This document shows, in pieces, positions 30,181 to 38,109 of a stretch of 64,000 nucleotides of DNA. The notes beneath the pieces were generated by a model, which made no database searches, was not told where the DNA came from, and saw nothing but the letters and a program-made list of their open reading frames with translations. Position numbers and translations under genes: made by a program. Position 1 is the first letter of the stretch. Every line of letters starts with the position of its first letter. Origin of the DNA: Terriglobales bacterium (lineage in GTDB: Bacteria > Acidobacteriota > Terriglobia > Terriglobales > Acidobacteriaceae); contig DATHPO010000090.1 in assembly GCA_035483835.1 (NCBI GenBank), forward strand, positions 1,924-65,923, read 5' to 3'.

Positions 30181-30867
30181 GTGGAGAGAACAGAAAACAG
30201 GTCTCGGCCGCACCTTCTCATCGCTGACGATCACGCCATCTTTGCGGAAGCGCTCCGCGGGTTACTGGAGAAGACCTATTTCGTGGTTGGAATCGTGGCG
30301 GACGGCCGTGCGCTGGTATCGGAAGCGACGCGGCTCAAGCCCGATGTTGTGGTGGTAGATGTCGGAATGCCGTTACTAAATGGTCTGGATGCTGCTCGAC
30401 GAGTCAGAGAACAAGCTCCAAACATCAAACTTGTTTTCTTGACCATGAAGGACGACCCGAATCTTGCGGCAGCGGCCTTGGAATTGAAAAAGGTAGGATT
30501 CGTCCTCAAGCATTCGGCGGCGCGGGAGTTGCTGACGGCAATCGAGCATGTGCTGCGGAATGAGTCCTACGTCACCCCCCGGCTCAGAGCTGAGGATTGG
30601 GCCGTGCGGCAGACTCGCGCGCAGCAGTTTTCCAAGGCATTAACGGAACGGCAGCGCGATGTTGTCCAGTTGTTCGCAGAGGGCTGCTCCATGAAGCAAA
30701 TCGCCGGTCATCTGAATCTGAGCGAAAAGACTGTCGAATTCCACAAGCACCATATCATGCAGTCGTTCAATCTTAGGAGCAATGCGGACCTGGTGTTGTT
30801 TGCCCTCCAGCACGGACTGATCTCGATTCCTCGCGAGACTGCGCAGTTCCATAAGAAAGCATCCTGA
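30181..30867 (+). CDS. NarL/LuxR-family response regulator (tandem paralogue of 29296-29949)
   Basis: GTG at 30181 is 5 nt after AGGAG. LLIADDH...DVGMPLLNG receiver plus LuxR HTH (TERQRDVVQLFAEGCSMKQIA). Confidence 0.85.
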   Translation: MERTENRSRPHLLIADDHAIFAEALRGLLEKTYFVVGIVADGRALVSEATRLKPDVVVVDVGMPLLNGLDAARRVREQAPNIKLVFLTMKDDPNLAAAALELKKVGFVLKHSAARELLTAIEHVLRNESYVTPRLRAEDWAVRQTRAQQFSKALTERQRDVVQLFAEGCSMKQIAGHLNLSEKTVEFHKHHIMQSFNLRSNADLVLFALQHGLISIPRETAQFHKKAS

Positions 30868-30891
30868 AGACGGGCTGGCGGCGTCGTGCTC

Positions 30892-30936
30892 TTAGGGGTT
30901 TCCCCAGTTGCGGAGACCGCGTGGACCGCTTAGCCT
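30892..30936 (+). promoter_or_regulatory. palindrome motif TTAGGGGTTTCCCCAG + TTGCGG-N17-TAGCCT, upstream of receiver-only gene
   Basis: Lies in the 250-nt gap between the second LuxR regulator and the HTH-less receiver. Confidence 0.5.
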
Positions 30937-31121
30937 TGCTCCGGTAAAGAAGGGCCACCGAGATTTCGGATGGAATGGTCTGAACAGGTGGTAACTGAGT
31001 TCGCGGCGCGTAGTCAATGCTCCGCGGGATCTGGGTTGGTATCCAGTGCAGCCATAATTCGTTGGCTTGCAGAGCCGTGGGAATCGCATTCTACCGTGCT
31101 GGAAATTTCTCCCTGCGGTGT

Positions 31122-31529
31122 ATGGAGATACCGTTGAATCGTGCGCGCGTGCTCTTGGCGGACGACCACTCAGTCGTGCTTGACCGAGTGGGAGTCCTTT
31201 TAAGCTCAAGCTTCGAAATCGTAGGAGCTGTCACCAACGGGCAGGAACTGATATCCGCAGGGTTACGTCTTGATCCCGATGTGATCGTAGCAGACGTGAC
31301 CATGCCAGTGGTGGGCGGTATTGAGGCTGTCCACCAACTCCGCGAAGCGGGCTCCAGAGCCAAGTTTGTCTTTCTAACGATTCACATCGAGCATGAATTT
31401 GTCGATGCGTGCGTGGCGGAGGGAGCACTGGGCTATGTGGTGAAATCCCATATGAAGACAGATCTGATCCCCGCCATTCAAGCGGCTCTCGTTGGTCGCA
31501 CATTCATATCTTCCCTGGTTTCCCGGTGA
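31122..31529 (+). CDS. single-domain response regulator related to the NarL-type receivers but lacking the HTH
   Basis: VLLADDH...DVTMPVVGG...GYVVKSHM. Ends 20 aa after the receiver. Paralogue of 61724-62119. Confidence 0.8.
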   Translation: MEIPLNRARVLLADDHSVVLDRVGVLLSSSFEIVGAVTNGQELISAGLRLDPDVIVADVTMPVVGGIEAVHQLREAGSRAKFVFLTIHIEHEFVDACVAEGALGYVVKSHMKTDLIPAIQAALVGRTFISSLVSR

Positions 31530-31660
31530 TGCCTCACGAGTCAGTCCGGTTTGCCTCGCTCGGCTCAAAAGATGCAAAACGGAGATTTCTCCGAAGCTGT
31601 TTGTAGCTGCACTCAAACATTCTGACCCGGGTTGAAAACAGATTAGGTATAGGAGTCTCC

Positions 31661-32716
31661 ATGAGCATTCGGGCCCTCATTCTTAGTTCTTGCCTCCTTC
31701 TCACCGCGCCCCTTCTTGCACGGGACAAGACTGACGTATTGGTCATGAAGAACGGCGACCGCATGACCTGCGAGATCAAAGGACTCGACGCGGGAATACT
31801 GTATGTGAGCTTCGACTATATCGACGGCACGGCCCTGGTGGATTGGTCGAAAGTGGCCCGACTGGAAAGCACGCAGTTGTTTATCGTGAAAACGCAGGAC
31901 GGCTCAATGTATACGGGAGAGCTCGGTACGGCGGAAACGCCTGCTGACCGGCCCTTGAAGATTCAGGTGCTAGAGACTGGCGAGAATGAAGTAGCGGTCG
32001 ACAGGTCCGAGGTTGTCCAGATGGTCCAAACATCCGAGAACTTCTGGCAGCGATTCAACGGCGAGATAGGCTTGGGGGTTATCTATTCCAAAGGTAATCA
32101 ATCAACACAGTACAACCTGAGTTCGGAGACCGCATACTTGCGGGAACGCTGGAACGCCAAGGCTAACCTCAGTTCTACGCTTTCCTCCAGCACCGGCACC
32201 AATGCTTCCACTCGAAATTCGCTTGGTCTCAGTGCCCAACGCTTGCTACCTTGGAACAATTGGTTCTACTCGGGCCTCGGGATCTTCCTGCAGAGCTCGG
32301 AGCAGGGAATCAATCTGCAAAGCACTCTCGGCGGTGGCATCGGGCGTTACTTGAAGAATACAAACCGAGCCAGCATCTCGGTGCTCGGAGGAGTCGCCTG
32401 GCTGGAGACAAACTACAAACCATCCATCGTCCCCCTGGGCAAGCAAAACGTTGCCTCTGCCTTGATCGCAGCAGACGTGAGGCTCTTCAAGTTTGACCGG
32501 ACGAACTTGAGCGCAACCGCCACTGTTTTGCCGGCCCTTTCTGAGCCGGGACGCGTCCGTATCGATACGAACGCATCCTATTACGTCAAGCTCTTCAGCA
32601 ACCTGTCGTGGAATATTTCGTTCTACGGCAACTGGGACAACCAGCCTCCGCCCGGTTTTTCCGGGAGCGACTACGGCACTAGCTCGGGGCTGAGCTGGAC
32701 TTTTGGCATTAAGTGA
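31661..32716 (+). CDS. outer-membrane beta-barrel protein (DUF481-like, tentative)
   Basis: Signal peptide, small N-terminal domain, then alternating-hydrophobicity strands ending ..GLSWTFGIK. Confidence 0.5.
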   Translation: MSIRALILSSCLLLTAPLLARDKTDVLVMKNGDRMTCEIKGLDAGILYVSFDYIDGTALVDWSKVARLESTQLFIVKTQDGSMYTGELGTAETPADRPLKIQVLETGENEVAVDRSEVVQMVQTSENFWQRFNGEIGLGVIYSKGNQSTQYNLSSETAYLRERWNAKANLSSTLSSSTGTNASTRNSLGLSAQRLLPWNNWFYSGLGIFLQSSEQGINLQSTLGGGIGRYLKNTNRASISVLGGVAWLETNYKPSIVPLGKQNVASALIAADVRLFKFDRTNLSATATVLPALSEPGRVRIDTNASYYVKLFSNLSWNISFYGNWDNQPPPGFSGSDYGTSSGLSWTFGIK

Positions 32717-32906
32717 CGGGGAGTGGAGAAAGAAAGATACGTGCCAACCACGTCTGCTTGAACGGGATATTCTGCACGTTACGCGATCAACACCTGGGTG
32801 TGACTTTCTGACCAACAACAGATTCATGGAAAAAGTTGACTAAGTTCGGACCTTGCCCGGAACGTAGCGCTACGGCTAACAGTGGCTCGCGATCGGCAGC
32901 GAATCG

Positions 32907-34241
32907 TTACTGGGATGCGCCAGTCGCTGGGAGACCCTTCAGTTTGGTCAATTCATCGAGTACATTTTGCCAAGCCTTCGGGTCTTTCTTGGTCGCAAAC
33001 GGAGCCCCGAGATCCACGTAATAAACGAGGATGTCAGTACGCAACGCATCCGAAACTGGTTCCCCATTCACCTTGGCCAGTAACTTCGCGTAGGCTTCGT
33101 CAGAGAACGGATAGACCGTTGGTTCAGTAAGCTCTCCTGTGTCAAGGTTCTCATTCGGCAATTCGAGGCGGCCTTCCTGCTGGGCAATCAGCATCCCCCG
33201 ATAGTGTTCCAGAGTCTCGTTGAAACTATGCATGTACATCTGTTCCACGGTGGGCGTGGGTGGATGAAATGCCATGGTGCTGAAGGGTCCCACCTTTGGC
33301 ACGAGGCGCCAAAAAAAGGCTTTCATTCGGGCTGAGATCCCTGGTTTTTCATAGACCGTTCCCCAATCCGTGCGGTATTCAGAATGTGAAACGTTATAAA
33401 TGAATTCGCTACGGATTTCGCTGGGATGGCTGTTCTGGATCTCGTGCCGCTTCATATGCCATGCCACCTTCGTTGTTCTAGGAATAACCGATGAAACCGC
33501 GTGGCGATAGCTGCCGATCGCCAGATCAACACTGACAAACACGCTCGAAAGGTTGACGCAGTAGGTTCTGGCGAACGCCCTTTCCAAAACTGGCTTGGAT
33601 ACTTCAAAACCGATGAAGTCGTGGTAAGCGTGCGGCGCGTAGTTCCCTTCAGCGACCTGATCGACATCAAAGCCAAATTCGACCTGCGCGTGTGCGGACG
33701 GCTTTTGATCATAGGTGACGACCGGCCCGTACTTCTTCGCAAGCTTGGGATACATCAGTGCAACCGAGAGGTTGGTTGCCAAAGGATGCCCTTCAGTATC
33801 GGCAGCATAGTGAGACAGCGCACCCAGCGCAAACGCATATTCGTTCAGATTTTGTGACTCGGCGATGAGCGCGAGAACGAAATCACCGCTCCGAACATAG
33901 TGCGTGAGATCACTAAAGAATCGGCTGCCGAAAGGGTAATAGCCCATGTCTTGAATAATTGCCCCCCCATAGGCGTAGGCATGCGCCTGCTGCAATTCTT
34001 CTGGAGTGGCGTTTGGGAAACGCTGCAACAGGACCGGCCGGATTCCATCATTCCACGCTGCATCGACGATGGCTTCATGGGTGAGGACAGAGTAGCCCCC
34101 ACAACGAGGAACGAGGTTCGCACCGAAGAGGATCGCCAGCACGGAAAGCACGCAGGCTGAACCACGCCTACGACGCTGGAATCCGAACCGCCGCTGGTAC
34201 ACAGACTGGTTCGCCAGCGCGTATTTGCGTCCTTCTTCCAT
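32907..34241 (-). CDS. zinc-dependent phospholipase C-like family protein (tentative)
   Basis: Signal/TM start, then GYSVLTHEAIVDAAW... and SHYAADTEGHP His-rich motifs, as in the Zn-PLC superfamily. Confidence 0.55.
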   Translation of the reverse strand: MEEGRKYALANQSVYQRRFGFQRRRRGSACVLSVLAILFGANLVPRCGGYSVLTHEAIVDAAWNDGIRPVLLQRFPNATPEELQQAHAYAYGGAIIQDMGYYPFGSRFFSDLTHYVRSGDFVLALIAESQNLNEYAFALGALSHYAADTEGHPLATNLSVALMYPKLAKKYGPVVTYDQKPSAHAQVEFGFDVDQVAEGNYAPHAYHDFIGFEVSKPVLERAFARTYCVNLSSVFVSVDLAIGSYRHAVSSVIPRTTKVAWHMKRHEIQNSHPSEIRSEFIYNVSHSEYRTDWGTVYEKPGISARMKAFFWRLVPKVGPFSTMAFHPPTPTVEQMYMHSFNETLEHYRGMLIAQQEGRLELPNENLDTGELTEPTVYPFSDEAYAKLLAKVNGEPVSDALRTDILVYYVDLGAPFATKKDPKAWQNVLDELTKLKGLPATGASQ

Positions 34242-34298
34242 CGCGTCGATTTGGTTCTGCTTGGTTCAAATGTTAACAATCTACACCCTGTTCCACAC

Positions 34299-34314
34299 CT
34301 AGGGATTTACCTAG
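34299..34314 (+). promoter_or_regulatory. palindrome motif copy CTAGGGATTTACCTAG (followed by TAGCAC; no convincing -10)
   Basis: One mismatch to the consensus. Points rightward toward the copy at 34527-34542. Confidence 0.4.
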
Positions 34315-34526
34315 TAGCACGCTGCGGCGGCCTGGATCAACAACCTTAACACCTCCAAATATCAAAACAATGTGCAGGTCAGGACTGGGCCGGTTCTCCA
34401 AAGGGGGGTGTTAAAAGGGGGACCGTGCAACCATCCCGTCGACGGGGCACCAGTGGGCAACGAACTCAACCGCGCCGGACGGAAATTAAGTGAGGTAGCC
34501 GCTCGACCCGCCCTCGGATGGATCAC

Positions 34527-34542
34527 CTAGGGAAATCCCTAG
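34527..34542 (-). promoter_or_regulatory. palindrome motif copy CTAGGGATTTCCCTAG (minus orientation; followed by GTGATC; no convincing -10)
   Basis: Perfect 16-mer. Points leftward, convergent with the 34299 copy. Confidence 0.4.
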
Positions 34543-34734
34543 GCTCCGGAGAGGGCTTGTCCGGTTTATTGTTTGACCATCAAGACGACTCTCGCTCGAA
34601 TGGATAACTCGAACGCCGTTTCTGTTTTAGGACGCAAACCGAATTTTGACGGCTGAGTCATGGATGTGCGGAGTCAGAAGCGGGTTCGGTCTTTTCTGTC
34701 GCGCTGAGCCCGACCCGAAACCGGAGGTGACGAG

Positions 34735-35077
34735 TTGCTGCTAACCGGTTTGACGGTCACATTTCTTAAGGAGTTTGGCCTGGGCCTGTGGCTGAGCTTG
34801 CCCCTCTCGTTGAGCCTTGCGACAACCGTCGCACTGCTGGGACAAGTCGCTGGAAGAAAAGGAAGGGTGGTCACGATTCGACGGCATTTACTGGTCGTTT
34901 ATCACGGCGACCACCGTTGGCTACGGTGATATCCGGCCGGTGAAAAGAGCTTCGAGGGTTATTGCCATTGTGATTGCGCTGTTGGGGCTCACGCTGACCG
35001 GCATCTTGATTGCGGTAGGCGTGCATGCCGCCACGTTAGCCCTCGCTGTGCACGATGGCGCAGAGAAAGTCAGGTAA
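34735..35077 (+). pseudogene. small two-TM potassium channel (KcsA-like) with a 1-nt frameshift near 34855-34862
   Basis: TM1 is in the frame of 34735 (TTG after GGAGG). The pore helix, TTVGYGD filter and TM2 are in the frame of 34817. The frames join at the run agaaaagg. Confidence 0.6.
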
Positions 35078-35104
35078 GGAATAAGGGTTCCCAAGGAATT
35101 ACGC

Positions 35105-36187
35105 ATGACCGTTGAAGGACCCACCAAGGACAGAGTTCAAGTAAACCAAGCTCTCGAAGTGTTTATCCAAATCGGTTTGGCTGCTTTGCTGGTTGTCGGT
35201 TGTCTGTTGATCCTGCGTCCCTTCATACCCTTGATCATGTGGGGCGTAATTATCGCGATAGCTTCTTACCCGACCTTCCAAAAACTGCAACGCGTTCTAG
35301 GCGGACGTGGAGGACTCGCTGCTGTTTTTTGGACGCTTCTGCTCCTCGCAGTTCTCATTCTTCCGATTTTCTTGCTGGCCCAAAGCCTAGTCGAAGGCAT
35401 CCGGCCACTGGCGATGCGGCTAAGAGACGGAACCTTGACCATTCCGCCTCCGCCCGGCAGGATCCCCCAATGGCCAATCATCGGGGCTCCTCTGGCGCGA
35501 GCGTGGAGCATGGCTTCCACCAATTTTACCGATGCAGTAATGAGGCTCACTCCGCAAATCAAATCCGTCCTTCCTGGGATACTCTCGGCTTCGGCCGGAA
35601 TTGGATTCACCGTGCTGCAATTCTTTCTGTCGGTCTTGGTTTCCGGAGTTCTTCTGGCAAACGCCCGAGCAGCTGCCGAGGTCACTCGCTCACTGGCTAA
35701 CCGCCTTTTCAGCGATCGCGGACCCGAGTTCGAGCAGCTCGTAGGAGCCACCATCCGCAGCGTCACTTTTGGAATTCTCGGCGTTGTCCTCATTCAAACG
35801 GTCCTCGCCGTCATTGGCTTCCTGGTGATGGGACTGCCCGGAGCAAGCGTGTGGGGCGCAGTCTTTCTTTTCGGAGCTGTTCTTCAAGTTGGGGGCCTTG
35901 TTCTCATTCCCGCAGTCATTTACGCCTTTGCCATCGCAACTACCACCAAGGCTGTGATTTTCATGGTTTGGTGCATCTTTGTGGGGTTGATCGACAACGT
36001 GCTGAAGCCTCTGCTGCTGGGCCGCGGGGTTGCCGTTCCGGTCGCCGTCGTCTTCCTCGGTGCCATTGGTGGATTCGTCGCGATGGGCATCATCGGACTA
36101 TTCGTGGGCGCGATCGTCTTGTCGGTAGGCTACAAGTTGTTTCTGGCCTGGATCGAGGGAAGTGTCACCGCCCATACGACGTCGTAA
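35105..36187 (+). CDS. AI-2E family transporter (PerM/UPF0118)
   Basis: 360 aa, eight helices, with the family-typical topology and conserved central loop. Confidence 0.8.
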   Translation: MTVEGPTKDRVQVNQALEVFIQIGLAALLVVGCLLILRPFIPLIMWGVIIAIASYPTFQKLQRVLGGRGGLAAVFWTLLLLAVLILPIFLLAQSLVEGIRPLAMRLRDGTLTIPPPPGRIPQWPIIGAPLARAWSMASTNFTDAVMRLTPQIKSVLPGILSASAGIGFTVLQFFLSVLVSGVLLANARAAAEVTRSLANRLFSDRGPEFEQLVGATIRSVTFGILGVVLIQTVLAVIGFLVMGLPGASVWGAVFLFGAVLQVGGLVLIPAVIYAFAIATTTKAVIFMVWCIFVGLIDNVLKPLLLGRGVAVPVAVVFLGAIGGFVAMGIIGLFVGAIVLSVGYKLFLAWIEGSVTAHTTS

Positions 36188-36233
36188 TCTCCTAGTTTAC
36201 TCCGCACCAGCTCGATTCGCACCTTGTTCCCCG

Positions 36234-37013
36234 TCATTTCATGCTTTGGCGAAGGTGGACGAGCAATTGGTCGGCGGTCTCAAGGCGGATCAGACCCGTG
36301 CGTGGGTACTCGACGTCGAGGATGACATAGACGATGACCACCGTAATGACCGTGAAACCGAGGATGTGAAGCCAACTCCGGTGTTGGCCGGCTGCCATCC
36401 GGTAACCAGCCAACAAGGAACAGATGAGCCCAAGCCCGAACAGAAGGCCATAGATGATTCTAGGCGGGTGGATCTGCAGTGCCATCGTGCGGGTGGTGGC
36501 GATGTCGATCATGTTGTTTAGCGCCGGAAGCAGTAACTTGCCTCCGTCGGGATGAGCGGTGGACAGGCGCGTGGCCTCCACGGATTGTGCCCAAATTTCT
36601 TCCTGGAGTTCCTTGGATTTCGCCATCTCCTCTTCGGCTGCCTGCATATTAGGCAACCTGTGATAGGTCTCCAGTCGTGAGTCCACATACCGGCGAAAGA
36701 GGTCTTGAAGTTTAAGCTCTGTCTCCCTCGGTACTAACTGCAAGCGCAGATACGCGGTTTCAATGCAATTGACTTCCTCGGCAATCATCATTCTTTTCTC
36801 GTTAAAGCGCACTGCCGCTCCCGAAAAAGTGAACGCCATCAGCAAGCCAAACAGGGCGAAAACCGCACCCTCGACCGTACCCAGACTGCTCCGCTCCCCT
36901 TCCGATTCTTTCGAGCGACGCCTAATAGCAAGACGACGGCCAGTCTCCAGCAGGATCAGCATGCCGAGGAAGAGCAGCAGAGCAAAAAGCAGAGGTGAAA
37001 TGGGAGGTTCCAT
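36234..37013 (-). CDS. membrane protein, DUF4239/bestrophin-like (tentative)
   Basis: Two N-terminal helices, a long helical soluble segment and two C-terminal helices. Confidence 0.45.
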   Translation of the reverse strand: MEPPISPLLFALLLFLGMLILLETGRRLAIRRRSKESEGERSSLGTVEGAVFALFGLLMAFTFSGAAVRFNEKRMMIAEEVNCIETAYLRLQLVPRETELKLQDLFRRYVDSRLETYHRLPNMQAAEEEMAKSKELQEEIWAQSVEATRLSTAHPDGGKLLLPALNNMIDIATTRTMALQIHPPRIIYGLLFGLGLICSLLAGYRMAAGQHRSWLHILGFTVITVVIVYVILDVEYPRTGLIRLETADQLLVHLRQSMK

Positions 37014-37109
37014 GAGTTTTGCCCCTGTTGCGGGATTCCTAAGGAGATGACTGCCAATCCTAAGCTCGGCCGACGAGGCGATCGCGTGCGTTCTCTAAGC
37101 GTATAAGGA

Positions 37110-37451
37110 TCACAGCCCGCGCGCTACCTTCGGGCAGGTGATGGTATTTGCTACAACCCGGCCCTGGCCGTCGGAGGTTCCTTTCACCTCGACCTCGAGC
37201 CCGGGAATCAGCACCACGCTGGACAAATGCTGTTTATCCAGACCAAAGAGGCCCTTGTCATCTTTCGTTACCGTGTCATCGGTGAGGACCACGGTCACGC
37301 TTCCCTGACCGGAGTTCACGATCAACGTTTCTCCAGTCCGAGCAGTGATCATTCCTTTGACTTCGGTTTTGTCGTCGCTTGCCTGTACGACAGATGCGGA
37401 TGCCAGAAAAAGCAGCGCCGTGAGACTCACTACAATTGTTCGTCGATTCAT
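37110..37451 (-). pseudogene. truncated paralogue of the ompA-like gene (signal peptide plus beta-rich N-domain only, 113 codons)
   Basis: 37138-37577 aligns without gaps to 18329-18768, roughly 95% identical by eye. The coiled coil and OmpA domain are deleted. Confidence 0.7.
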
Positions 37452-37525
37452 CGGTATCTCCTTTATCGCGGTTGTTGAAGTCCAGACAAAAATGTCTGCA
37501 GCTAATGCCTGGTTTCTGAGACCGA

Positions 37526-37570
37526 ACCTTAGGGCTGACGCGATGTCTGCACAACTAGGGAAATCCCTAA
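37526..37570 (-). promoter_or_regulatory. palindrome motif TTAGGGATTTCCCTAG + TTGTGC-N17-TAAGGT (duplicated with the ompA 5' region)
   Basis: Part of the 440-nt duplication. Both the -35 and -10 boxes are conserved. Confidence 0.45.
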
Positions 37571-37681
37571 AAGAGCCCCTCTTTCTTGACGATTCACGAT
37601 GGGCACGAACCAACCTCCCTTCCGTTCTTTTCACGTTTCTGCATGCATGAGCAGAGCGAGTTAGGAAACTGTTATGCGAGG

Positions 37682-37726
37682 TTAGGGTTTTCCCTAGTTG
37701 CCGCAAGAGTTCCGCTGATCTAGAAA
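37682..37726 (+). promoter_or_regulatory. palindrome motif TTAGGGTTTTCCCTAG + TTGCCG-N17-TAGAAA
   Basis: Followed only by a short OMP-like gene fragment, so it is possibly an orphaned promoter. Confidence 0.4.
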
Positions 37727-37749
37727 CCTGGAAGAGTTGCGATTCCAAC

Positions 37750-37850
37750 CCCGGCCAAAACTTCGACCTCGACTATTCGCTAACACAGGCCTTCTCGGTG
37801 AAAAGTGACTTGCGCCTGCAACTGGGACTGGTCGGCTATGGGCCGGTCAG
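37750..37850 (+). pseudogene. short fragment resembling an outer-membrane beta-barrel gene
   Basis: Translates to GQNFDLDYSLTQAFSVKSDLRLQLGLVGYG (alternating-strand pattern) with no start or stop context. Confidence 0.3.
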
Positions 37851-37851
37851 G

Positions 37852-37896
37852 TTAGGGATTTCCCTAGTTGTTGGTCTTACGCCACCCGCCTATAAG
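37852..37896 (+). promoter_or_regulatory. palindrome motif TTAGGGATTTCCCTAG + TTGTTG-N17-TATAAG, upstream of the MFS-pta-ackA-pfl operon
   Basis: Best -10 of all copies. Located about 210 nt before the MFS start. Confidence 0.55.
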
Positions 37897-37924
37897 GGAG
37901 GTGTGATGCGGTTTTTCTTTTGCC

Positions 37925-38062
37925 AGTGGGGAGAACCCCGAAGAACGCCGGTTTGATCTTGATACCACGATTGCCGCAATGGCATTGATGGCGAAGGAAA
38001 TGAACTCGAAATACAAAGAAACCTCGGAAGGCGGTCTGGCGGTATCCGAAGTGCTTTGCTAG
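37925..38062 (+). pseudogene. 3'-terminal relic of an L-serine dehydratase gene
   Basis: Translates to ..ENPEERRFDLDTTIAAMALMAKEMNSKYKETSEGGLAVSEVLC*. This resembles the conserved SdaA C-terminus (..GKDMNAKYRETSRGGLA..). No upstream body is present. Confidence 0.5.
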
Positions 38063-38109
38063 TTCAGGGACCGCGAGAACAGGGCACGCAAGCCAGTGAT
38101 GGTGCGCCG

